Shown piece by piece: positions 17,217 to 24,725 of a stretch of 36,792 nucleotides of DNA. The notes under the pieces were generated by a model. It was given only the letters and a program-made list of their open reading frames with translations. It was not told where the DNA came from and searched no databases. How positions within the stretch are numbered: the stretch's first letter is position 1; the number at the start of each line of letters is the position of its first letter. Made by a program: the position numbers and the translations under genes. The DNA comes from Terriglobia bacterium (GTDB lineage: Bacteria > Acidobacteriota > Terriglobia > Terriglobales > Acidobacteriaceae), in contig JBGQIG010000001.1 in the NCBI GenBank assembly GCA_041498365.1, positions 1 through 36,792 of the forward strand, read 5' to 3'.

Positions 17217-18647
17217 TCACTTAGAAAGGCCCGAACCGGTTTCCACCGGATCGTGCCGCGCCGTGACAACCACGGGATTCGGGCTGACCTCGGTGGCGGC
17301 AAGAGGGAGGCGAATCTCGACCTGCAGACCTCCCTCGGATCGATTGGAAGCCTTCACAGTTCCGCCGTGAAGGCGAACCGCACGCTCGGTGATGGCGAGT
17401 CCGAGTCCGACCCCGCCGGTCTGACGGCCACGCGCGTCGTCAATGCGATAAAACGGACGGAAGAGCTTGTCGAGCGCTTCCTCGGGCACACCCGGACCCG
17501 AGTCGACGATCCGGATGACAGCTTCCGGGCCTCCATTGCCTTGGCCGCGATCAAGCGAGACCTGAGCGCTGGTGCCCCCCTGAGTGTAGCGGGCGGCATT
17601 GCGCACCACGTTCTCTATGGCACTGTGCAACAAGATGGGAGCGCCCATCACCAGGCAATTTTCCTTGATGACACTCTCCACCCGGCATCTCCGTCCCTGG
17701 GCTTCAAAGTCCGCATCGGCCGCAATTTGCTCGATCATTTCCCCGAGAGGGATGACCGACTTCTGCCGCGAATCGTTACCGCTCTCGAGGCGGGCAATGG
17801 TGAGCAAGCCTCCGATCAGATCGTTTAATCGATCGGCTTCCAGATCTATGCGCTCCAGCGCGCTGTGCGCTTCCGGCCCGGCTCGCTGGCGGGCCAGGGC
17901 CGAGGCGACGTTCAGCCGGGCAAGGGGAGACCTGAGTTCGTGGGAAATGTCATTCAGCAGGCGGGATTGAGCGTTCACCGATGCTTCCAGGCGCTCGGCC
18001 ATGGTGTCAAAATCGCGCACCAGTTGGGCCATTTCGTCGCGGCGCCGGGCGGCCAGTCCTCCCGCCCTTGCAGTCAGATCGCCTGCCGCCAGCCGCTGTG
18101 TAGCTGCCCGCAAGCGAACCACCGGGGCGGTCAGATATCGCGCCAGCAGGTAACACACCAGACCGGACGAGATAATTCCAATCAGAATGCTCAAGCCCGG
18201 GACCCCGCCTGGCCCAAAGGGCCCGCTCGGCGGCAAAAATGCGACCAGGGTATAGCGCCGCCCGCTGGCTGCAACCAGAGACTGCCGCCTGAACGGACTC
18301 GGCATCAAACGCTGCCAGAAGTCGCGAGCCGGCGGGGAAATGCCTCTTCCCAAGGATTCGGCCCAGCGCGGGAGACCGCGTCCTGAGACCTCCTGCCCCT
18401 GCTCGTCCAGCAAATAGGCCCGCCCATGCAGCGAGTCGCGTACCTCCTCGAGGTAGCGCCGCAGCTCCGCCTGCCCACCTTGTTCGTAAGTCTGGACCGC
18501 TTTGTCGAACACTGCGGCTTGCTGCGCGTCCCAGACAGACGACTCTCCGCGCTCGCGCACCACGACTGTAATCAGTATGGCGAGCATCAGGAACAGCGCC
18601 TGAGCGACCCAGTACGACAGAAAAATCTTGAGAAACAGACTTCTCAT
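17217..18647 (-). CDS. Sensor histidine kinase (2 TM, HAMP, HisKA, HATPase_c; CpxA/BaeS-like architecture)
   Basis: H-box ISHELRSPL, N-box VVRNAARYT, G1 VDSGPGV, G2 GGVGLGLAI. There is an N-terminal TM, a periplasmic segment and a second TM. The start overlaps the response regulator stop by 4 nt (ATGA at 18644-18647). Confidence 0.9.
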   Translation of the reverse strand: MRSLFLKIFLSYWVAQALFLMLAILITVVVRERGESSVWDAQQAAVFDKAVQTYEQGGQAELRRYLEEVRDSLHGRAYLLDEQGQEVSGRGLPRWAESLGRGISPPARDFWQRLMPSPFRRQSLVAASGRRYTLVAFLPPSGPFGPGGVPGLSILIGIISSGLVCYLLARYLTAPVVRLRAATQRLAAGDLTARAGGLAARRRDEMAQLVRDFDTMAERLEASVNAQSRLLNDISHELRSPLARLNVASALARQRAGPEAHSALERIDLEADRLNDLIGGLLTIARLESGNDSRQKSVIPLGEMIEQIAADADFEAQGRRCRVESVIKENCLVMGAPILLHSAIENVVRNAARYTQGGTSAQVSLDRGQGNGGPEAVIRIVDSGPGVPEEALDKLFRPFYRIDDARGRQTGGVGLGLAITERAVRLHGGTVKASNRSEGGLQVEIRLPLAATEVSPNPVVVTARHDPVETGSGLSK

Positions 18648-19387
18648 GGGCCGCTGCTCCTGACCTTGTCGAGCGCAGATTCCTGGGGCCGGGTAAAGAT
18701 ATAGCCGACACCGCGCACGGTCTTGATGTGGTCTACTCCCGATTCAGACTCGCCCAGCTTCTTGCGAATCTTGCTGACATGCATATCAATGCTGCGGTCA
18801 AAGGGAGAGAATTTGCGGCTGAGCACGATGTCCACCAGTCGTTCGCGAGGAACCACGCGCCCCGCTTCACGCAGCAGGACGTGCAGCAGATTGAATTCGA
18901 CTGAAGTCAACTCCACCGGCCTGCCTCTCTGAAGAACGGTTCGAGTGGCGGGATCAAGTTCAACGTCGCCCACACGCAGGATTTCAGATGGCTGCCCGCT
19001 GCCGGCCCTCTCCGAGGCGCGCGTCCGCCGCAGAATGGCTCGGATGCGCGCCACCAGCTCCCGGGGATTGAAAGGCTTTGGAAGATAATCGTCGGCGCCA
19101 ATCTCAAGGCCCACAATGCGGTCCACGTCTTCGCCGCGGGCGGTGAGCAGCAGCACCGGGATTCTCGATTTGTCGCGCAGCCGCCGCAGAACTTCGAAGC
19201 CGTTCAGGCCGGGCAGCATCACGTCAAGGACGACCAACACGTACTCGCCGTTCAGCGCCTGCTCCAGCCCGCGATTACCGTCGGGAGCAGATTCGACCTG
19301 AAAGCCTTCCGGCTCCAGGTACTCGCCGACCAGGCTGCAAAGCTCGACGTCGTCGTCGATAACCAGGATTCGATCCACAACTCTCAT
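18644..19387 (-). CDS. OmpR-family response regulator (receiver plus winged-helix DNA-binding domain)
   Basis: Receiver motifs ILVIDDD, VLDVMLPGLNG and LTARGE are present. The C-terminal trans_reg_C region has VELTSVEFNLL ... TVRGVGYIF. Confidence 0.92.
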   Translation of the reverse strand: MRVVDRILVIDDDVELCSLVGEYLEPEGFQVESAPDGNRGLEQALNGEYVLVVLDVMLPGLNGFEVLRRLRDKSRIPVLLLTARGEDVDRIVGLEIGADDYLPKPFNPRELVARIRAILRRTRASERAGSGQPSEILRVGDVELDPATRTVLQRGRPVELTSVEFNLLHVLLREAGRVVPRERLVDIVLSRKFSPFDRSIDMHVSKIRKKLGESESGVDHIKTVRGVGYIFTRPQESALDKVRSSGP

Positions 19388-19450
19388 TGTACTTCTACAA
19401 CAGCGTGCCCTGTCCCGCAGTAAAGAATTGTCAAGGCGTTAGAGTCTACG

Positions 19451-19487
19451 CTTTACAAAACTTTACTCCGCTTGACCGAGTCTTTAC
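19451..19487 (-). promoter_or_regulatory. Three direct CTTTAC (= GTAAAG on minus strand) repeats; the first two match the CpxR consensus GTAAA-N5-GTAAA
   Basis: On the plus strand, TTTAC is at 19452-19456, then AAAAC, then TTTAC at 19462-19466. A third TTTAC is at 19483-19487. Centre spacings are 10 and 21 bp. The site is in the divergent region, 65 bp from the response regulator start and 162 bp from the CpxP-like start. Confidence 0.4.
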
Positions 19488-19627
19488 CGCCATCCACGCA
19501 GAGACCGCTTCTAATCCAACAAGAGGGTTTACGCTGCGCCGGCGTCCCTTCGACTTCGCTCAGGACAGGCCCGCCGGCTGTCGCGAGGGCATCTGTCCCT
19601 CGCCGCTGCGGGCAAAAGAGAGGACCA

Positions 19628-20119
19628 ATGAAATCAAGATATTTCAAGATTCTGGCAATCACGTTAGCTCTGGCGGTGATAACCGCTATCGCCGTATCGC
19701 AAACCGCAAAGCGTGCTCACATGCGTGGCATGTATGGCGGAGAAATGTTTGGCGGACACATGCTGGGTTTCCTCGCCCACAAGCTGGACCTCAGTGGCGC
19801 ACAGCAAGCCCAGGTGAAAGAAATCCTGGCCAAGGAAAAACCAGCGCTTCAACCCCTGATGCTGCAGATGGCGCAAAGCCACCAGCAACTGCGGCAGCTG
19901 GAAATGAGCGGCAGCTTCGACGAGGCAAAAGTCCGCGAGCTAGCCTCGCAGCAGACGCGGAACGTCACCGAGCTCATCGTGCAGAAAGCGCGCATCGGGT
20001 CGGAACTCGTCCAGATTCTGACTCCGGAGCAGAAAGCCAAACTGAGCGATCTGATGACTCAGCATGAGCAACGGTTCATGAATCACATACAGGGGCAGGG
20101 ACAGACGCAGAGTCAGTAG
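19628..20119 (+). CDS. Periplasmic Spy/CpxP-family (LTXXQ) protein
   Basis: ATG 19628 is preceded by AAGAGAGGA. Signal peptide MKSRYFKILAITLALAVITAIAV. Two LTXXQ-type motifs are present (LSGAQQAQV and LTPEQKAKL) in a helical, Gln-rich 163-aa protein. The upstream part of track ORF 19472..20119 runs through repeat DNA and was rejected. Confidence 0.75.
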   Translation: MKSRYFKILAITLALAVITAIAVSQTAKRAHMRGMYGGEMFGGHMLGFLAHKLDLSGAQQAQVKEILAKEKPALQPLMLQMAQSHQQLRQLEMSGSFDEAKVRELASQQTRNVTELIVQKARIGSELVQILTPEQKAKLSDLMTQHEQRFMNHIQGQGQTQSQ

Positions 20120-20126
20120 AAGAGCC

Positions 20127-20324
20127 GGTAGTGGCTCAAGTTGAACACAATGCCCCACTACGGTGTCATCCTGAGGGACTTCAGTCCCGAAGGATCTGGC
20201 GCGCACCGGCACAATTGCGGCGGGCAAATACATATCCGCTTCACGCAAGATCCTTCACGGCCTGAAGGCCGTTCAGGATGACGCCTTGAAATTAGAGGTA
20301 GAAATTTCGAACTGAGCCACTGCT
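20127..20324. mobile_element. MITE-like nonautonomous element (198 bp) with imperfect terminal inverted repeats and 8-bp target-site duplication
   Basis: A GAAGAGCC direct repeat is at 20119-20126 and 20325-20332. The ends GGTAGTGGCTCAAGTTGAA and TTCGAACTGAGCCACTGCT are inverted, with a 9-nt perfect core AGTGGCTCA. An inner GTCATCCTGAG ... TTCAGGATGAC palindrome spans 20162-20285. There is no coding capacity. Confidence 0.6.
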
Positions 20325-20390
20325 GAAGAGCCTTTGCTCGTCAGCCCTTAATCTTCACTTAACAGACAACGAGAAAGGAAGAATAGATCT

Positions 20391-20609
20391 GTGGCCACTA
20401 CAGTCGTTGACCGAGACCTGATCCAGGTGATCGCCGAGGAAATGGCCATCGGGGTGGAGACAGCCGTCGACCGCTGGATGGCTCAGATTGACTTGGCCCT
20501 CACCGACATGCATCTCACAACCCTGGGCAGGCTAGACGCTGTGCGTGAAATCGTGGAGAGCTACAAGCACCTGACCGGCAAAGTTCAATTGGATCGCAGA
20601 GGGGCCTGA
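20391..20609 (+). CDS. Small hypothetical protein (72 aa)
   Basis: GTG start preceded by GAGAAAGGAAG. The composition is acidic and helical-looking, without the Arg/Pro-rich signature of spurious high-GC ORFs. I recognise no family. Confidence 0.4.
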   Translation: MATTVVDRDLIQVIAEEMAIGVETAVDRWMAQIDLALTDMHLTTLGRLDAVREIVESYKHLTGKVQLDRRGA

Positions 20610-20632
20610 GCTCACATCCTCTTAGAATTGCT

Positions 20633-20743
20633 ATGAACGCTGTATATGTTTACCTCATCGCCTCGAGCTGGTTCTTTCTTTTCGGCTGGATTGTCCTGCT
20701 CCTGGTCGCGTACGCTCTCGCTTTCCGGGGCGATTCAGCCTAA
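20633..20743 (+). CDS. Possible 36-aa single-TM micro-protein (not in ORF track)
   Basis: ATG 20633 to TAA 20741-20743 encodes MNAVYVYLIASSWFFLFGWIVLLLVAYALAFRGDSA. That is an uninterrupted hydrophobic helix of about 28 residues with a basic/polar tail. There is no obvious SD. It lies between the 72-aa ORF and the ABC exporter. Confidence 0.25.
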   Translation: MNAVYVYLIASSWFFLFGWIVLLLVAYALAFRGDSA

Positions 20744-20849
20744 GTTGGGCCTGGAACTGTGACCTTAGGCGGAGCTACGCTTCCACGGGATATTGCATCA
20801 GCGTCAAAACTGAAGCCGGTGCTGCTAGAATCACATCTATTAGAAGCAC

Positions 20850-22610
20850 ATGCTGCCCAAGAGCCTGCGTCCACTGTTTCCCTACCTGAAGAAGTACCGC
20901 CGCAGCTATGTAGTCGGTACCATTTGCGTTTTCTGCAACAACGGGGTCTGGATTCTGTTTCCCCTGGTGCTGCGGCGCGCGGTGGATGATCTGCACCTTG
21001 GAGTGAACCGCGAAAAGCTACTGACATACTCCCTGCTCCTGATGGCGGTGGCTGCGACCAAGAGCATTTTCCAGTTCCTGACCCGCTGGATCCTGATCGG
21101 CATCTCTCGCGAGATCGAGTTTGACTTGCGCAACGACCTGTTCCGGCACCTGGAGAGTCTTTCGCACTCTTACTACCAACGTACTCGCACCGGCGACATC
21201 ATGGCCCGGGCCACCAATGATTTGAATGCCGTCCGCATGCTCTTGGGGCCGGCCATTATGTATTCGGCGAATACCATCGTGTTTACCGCCGGCGCGCTGG
21301 CCTTCATGCTTTCGATCAGCCCCAGGCTGACCATCTACGCCTTTTTGCCGCTACCGGTGGTAAGCATTGTGGTGCAATACTTCGGAAAACAGATTCACGA
21401 GCGCTTCGAGAAAATCCAGGCGATGTTTTCGGAGATTTCGGCACGGGCCCAGGAGAATTTCTCCGGCGCCCGCGTGATCCGCGCCTACGTACAGGAAGAG
21501 CCGGAGATCGCGGCGTTTGAAACTTCCAACCGGGAGTACATCCGCCGCAGTCTGAAGCTCGTCCGCCTGATGGGAATGCTCTGGCCCACACTTGAGACTA
21601 TGCTCGGCCTCGCTATTGTGCTGGTGCTTTGGCTGGGCGGACGCGAAGTCCTGTTCGGGCGCATTACAGTTGGCGGCTTCGTCGCTTTCAATACCTATAT
21701 GGTGCAATTGACCTGGCCCGTGATCGCACTGGGCTGGGTCATTAACATTTTCCAGCGTGGAACGGCGTCCATGGGACGCATCAACGAAATTCTGGTCGAG
21801 AAGCCGGAAATCGGAGATAGCCCGGCAGTAAAGGCAGCGAGCGAGAGCGCCCGCTCTACACCGATTCGCGGCGAGATCGAGTTCCGGGGATTGAACTTTG
21901 CTTACAACGGCGTCCCCGTTCTGCACGATGTCACTCTGCGAATCCCTGCGGGAAGCAGCCTGGCCATCGTCGGCCCCACGGGCTCCGGTAAAACCACGCT
22001 GGTGAGCCTCATTCCCCGCATTTACGATGCTGCGCCGGGGAGCGTGTGGATCGATGGCAAGCCGGTGCGTGAATATCCGCTGGAGTCGCTGCGCCGCCAG
22101 ATCGGTTTTGTGCCGCAAGAGACCTTTCTGTTCAGCGAAACCGTGCGTGAAAACATTGCATTCGGCAAAGAAGATGTCGCCGATGAGGAAGTACGCTCGG
22201 CGGCGGAGGCTGCCAATATTGCCCACGATATCGAAGACTTTCCCGAGCAGTATCGAACCATGGTCGGCGAACGCGGGATTACGCTTTCCGGCGGACAGAA
22301 GCAGCGCACTGCAATTGCGCGCGCCATCATCCGCAATCCCCGCATCCTGATTCTCGATGACGCACTTTCCAGCGTGGATACTCACACCGAAGACAAGATC
22401 CTCAACCATCTTCGCGAAATCATGCAGGACCGGACCACGATCTTCATCTCCCATCGCGTTTCTACGGTCCGCAATGCCGACATGATCGCCGTACTGCACG
22501 CCGGCCGCGTGGTGGAACTGGGCACCCACGATGAATTGCTGGCCCGCAACGGCTACTATAGCGACCTCTATAACAAGCAGTTGCTGGAAGAGGAACTGGC
22601 CGAGGTCTAG
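20850..22610 (+). CDS. ABC exporter, fused 6-TM permease and ATPase (MsbA/multidrug-exporter type)
   Basis: An N-terminal ABC_membrane domain with 6 TM is followed by Walker A GPTGSGKTT, Q-loop, signature LSGGQKQR, Walker B ILILDDALS and H-loop ISHR. Confidence 0.93.
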   Translation: MLPKSLRPLFPYLKKYRRSYVVGTICVFCNNGVWILFPLVLRRAVDDLHLGVNREKLLTYSLLLMAVAATKSIFQFLTRWILIGISREIEFDLRNDLFRHLESLSHSYYQRTRTGDIMARATNDLNAVRMLLGPAIMYSANTIVFTAGALAFMLSISPRLTIYAFLPLPVVSIVVQYFGKQIHERFEKIQAMFSEISARAQENFSGARVIRAYVQEEPEIAAFETSNREYIRRSLKLVRLMGMLWPTLETMLGLAIVLVLWLGGREVLFGRITVGGFVAFNTYMVQLTWPVIALGWVINIFQRGTASMGRINEILVEKPEIGDSPAVKAASESARSTPIRGEIEFRGLNFAYNGVPVLHDVTLRIPAGSSLAIVGPTGSGKTTLVSLIPRIYDAAPGSVWIDGKPVREYPLESLRRQIGFVPQETFLFSETVRENIAFGKEDVADEEVRSAAEAANIAHDIEDFPEQYRTMVGERGITLSGGQKQRTAIARAIIRNPRILILDDALSSVDTHTEDKILNHLREIMQDRTTIFISHRVSTVRNADMIAVLHAGRVVELGTHDELLARNGYYSDLYNKQLLEEELAEV

Positions 22611-22618
22611 AACCCTTT

Positions 22619-22685
22619 AACCACAGAGGACACTGAGGACACAGAGTATAGTGGCTCCTCCGTGTACTCTGTGTCCTCTGTGGTT
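22619..22685. repeat. Palindromic hairpin element, CCACAGAGGACAC family, copy 3
   Basis: AACCACAGAGGACACTGAGGACACAGAG ... CTCCGTGTACTCTGTGTCCTCTGTGGTT. It starts 9 nt after the ABC exporter stop. Confidence 0.85.
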
Positions 22686-22710
22686 GGCCTCTTTGCGTGA
22701 AGCGCAAACA

Positions 22711-22769
22711 AAGGCCGCGGAGGATACAGAGTATGATGTGCCTCTGTGTACTCCGTGTCCTCTGTGGTC
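22711..22769. repeat. Palindromic hairpin element, CCACAGAGGACAC family, copy 4 (degenerate left arm)
   Basis: AAGGCCGCGGAGGATACAGAGTA ... TACTCCGTGTCCTCTGTGGTC. It has the same orientation as copy 3 and lies 92 bp downstream of it. Confidence 0.75.
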
Positions 22770-22780
22770 AATCTTTTTGC

Positions 22781-23446
22781 GTGAAGCGCGTAGCCACCCC
22801 CGAACTGCTCGATACGGACTCCGGCACGCCGGCGGAGGTCGCCGCCTCTCTCGGCGATCTGCGACGAATCAATCGCTGGTTCGGAGGGGTCTCCACTACC
22901 GAGCAGATGGTCAGGCGCGTAGCCCGGGAAATCAAGGCGCCGTGCCTTTCCCTGTTGGAAGTTGCTTCCGGCTCGGGATATGTCCCCGCGACTGCCAGAG
23001 AACGACTTCAGCAGCGCGGATTGAATCTGCAAGTTACGTTGCTCGATCGTGCGCTGTCCCATTTGAACAACGGAAACCGGGCGGTCGTGGGTGATGCTCG
23101 GGCGCTCCCCTTTCGAGACGCAGGCTTCGATCTGCTGGGCTGCAATCTGTTCGCTCATCATCTAAGCCCGCTGGACCTGGTGCAGTTTGTTGACGAAGCC
23201 TTGCGCGTATGCCGGATTGCGGTGCTGATCAATGACCTGGTCCGGAGCCCGCTGCACCTGTCGCTGGTGTATGCCGGAATGCCCCTCTACCGGAGCCGCA
23301 TCACACGGCACGACGCTCCGGCTTCCGTGCGCCAGGCCTACACGGTGGAAGAAATGCGAAAATTATTGGCTCAAACCAGGGCGGCCCGCGTGGAAATTCA
23401 TCAGCACTACCTGTTTCGCATGGGGGTGATAGCGTGGAAGCAGTGA
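22781..23446 (+). CDS. Class I SAM-dependent methyltransferase
   Basis: Motif I-like LLEVASGSGY, a post-I acidic LLD, and RALPFRDAGFDLLGCNLFAHHL are present. I place the start at GTG 22781 (VKRVATPELLD...) because the longer track ORF from GTG 22697 reads through hairpin copy 4. The start is uncertain. Confidence 0.8.
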   Translation: MKRVATPELLDTDSGTPAEVAASLGDLRRINRWFGGVSTTEQMVRRVAREIKAPCLSLLEVASGSGYVPATARERLQQRGLNLQVTLLDRALSHLNNGNRAVVGDARALPFRDAGFDLLGCNLFAHHLSPLDLVQFVDEALRVCRIAVLINDLVRSPLHLSLVYAGMPLYRSRITRHDAPASVRQAYTVEEMRKLLAQTRAARVEIHQHYLFRMGVIAWKQ

Positions 23447-23480
23447 GGTTGGAAGCGATGCCGTCCTGGAAATGTAGAAT

Positions 23481-23539
23481 GTCATCCTGAGCAAGGATGC
23501 CTCTTCGCGCAGCGAAGCATCTGCCGCGCCCAGGATGAT
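23481..23539. repeat. Compact palindromic element, GTCATCCTGAG family
   Basis: GTCATCCTGAGC (23481-23492) and GCCCAGGATGAT (23528-23539) are inverted with 10/12 matches. An inner CTTCGC-GCA-GCGAAG hairpin is present. A direct repeat GCTGACGGCTG x2 follows at 23557-23567 and 23571-23581. Confidence 0.75.
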
Positions 23540-23587
23540 ATTGGGGTTGGCCGAGGGCTGACGGCTGAAAGCTGACGGCTGTTTCTG

Positions 23588-24691
23588 ATGCTTACCTACG
23601 ATCTGATCATCATCGGTGGCGGTCCGGCGGGCACATCCGCTGCCATTTCTGCCGCCCGCTGCGGCGCCCGCGTCCTGCTCCTGGAACGTGGACGCTTTCC
23701 CCGCCACAAGGTGTGCGGCGAGTTTGTCTCGGCTGAATCTCTTGGCCTGCTCACGGATCTTCTTGATCATCAGCATGCGACGCTGTTGCGCGATGCAGTG
23801 CGCATCCCGCGCGCTCGTCTTTTCCTCGATGGCCGCACCCTTCAGGCCAACGTGGATCCGCCTGCCGCCAGCATTGCCCGACTGGACCTCGATGCCGCAC
23901 TCTGGCACTCGGCCAAGAGCTCTGGCGTGGATGCCCGGCAGCAAGTCACGGTCCAGACCATCTCCGGCTTCGGTCCGTTCCGCATCGTGAGCAACGGCGG
24001 GGAGTTTGAGACACGAGCCTTGGTAAATGCGTCCGGGCGATGGTCGAATTTGAATCTCGCATCCAAAGAAAATGGCATGCGCCATGAAAAGTGGCTCGGA
24101 CTCAAGGCTCACTTCGCTGAACCACTGTCAGAGCCGTCGGTGGACCTGTATTTCTTCGATGGTGGCTATTGCGGGGTCCAGCCCGTCAGTGTCGCTGCCG
24201 AAAGCTCAAACCGCGGACGGGTAAATGCTTCCGCCATGGTGCGCGCTGACGTGGCCAGCACTCTGGATGAAGTCTTCGCTCAGCACGCTGCGCTGCTCGA
24301 CCGCAGCCGGCACTGGACTTCGTTGAGTGATCCCGTAAGCACCTCGCCGTTGATTTTCCGTCCGCCGCAGCCGGAGCGTGATTGCGTCCTCATGGTAGGA
24401 GACGCCGCGGGTTTCGTGGATCCATTTGTGGGCGACGGGATTTCAGTAGCTTTACGCAGCGGGTCGCTAGCCGCGCAGTGCCTTAAACCCTTCTTTGCCA
24501 GAGAGGCTTCCCTGCCCGATGCGGTACGCCGATATTGCGAAGCCTACAAGCAATCGCTGTTGCCGGTGTTCCGTGCCTCTTCCAAAATCCGACGCATGCT
24601 TGTCCTGCCACGTTCCGTCCGCAGACCGCTCCTGTTTGTTCTGGAAAGCAGTCCGGCAATTACGAACTATCTGGTGCGCCAGACACGCTGA
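23588..24691 (+). CDS. FAD-dependent oxidoreductase (geranylgeranyl-reductase / FixC-like family)
   Basis: The N-terminal dinucleotide fold is YDLIIIGGGPAGTSAAISAARCGARVLLLER, followed by the family-typical FPRHKVCGEFVS and a C-terminal GDAAGFVDPFVGDGIS motif. Confidence 0.88.
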   Translation: MLTYDLIIIGGGPAGTSAAISAARCGARVLLLERGRFPRHKVCGEFVSAESLGLLTDLLDHQHATLLRDAVRIPRARLFLDGRTLQANVDPPAASIARLDLDAALWHSAKSSGVDARQQVTVQTISGFGPFRIVSNGGEFETRALVNASGRWSNLNLASKENGMRHEKWLGLKAHFAEPLSEPSVDLYFFDGGYCGVQPVSVAAESSNRGRVNASAMVRADVASTLDEVFAQHAALLDRSRHWTSLSDPVSTSPLIFRPPQPERDCVLMVGDAAGFVDPFVGDGISVALRSGSLAAQCLKPFFAREASLPDAVRRYCEAYKQSLLPVFRASSKIRRMLVLPRSVRRPLLFVLESSPAITNYLVRQTR

Positions 24692-24725
24692 GCTTCGGGT
24701 TGACTATGAGAGTCCTTCGACGACG

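Noticed and set aside
19472-19627. N-terminal 52-aa extension of the CpxP-like ORF, and similar 5' extensions of mazG (30106..30216), glpD (30508..30540), the lipoprotein (17050..17088) and GH57 (9566..9640)
   Set aside because: The extensions run through repeat or promoter DNA, are Arg/Pro-rich and use non-ATG or SD-less starts. In each case an internal ATG with an SD, or the onset of the signal peptide or family conservation, gives a better start.
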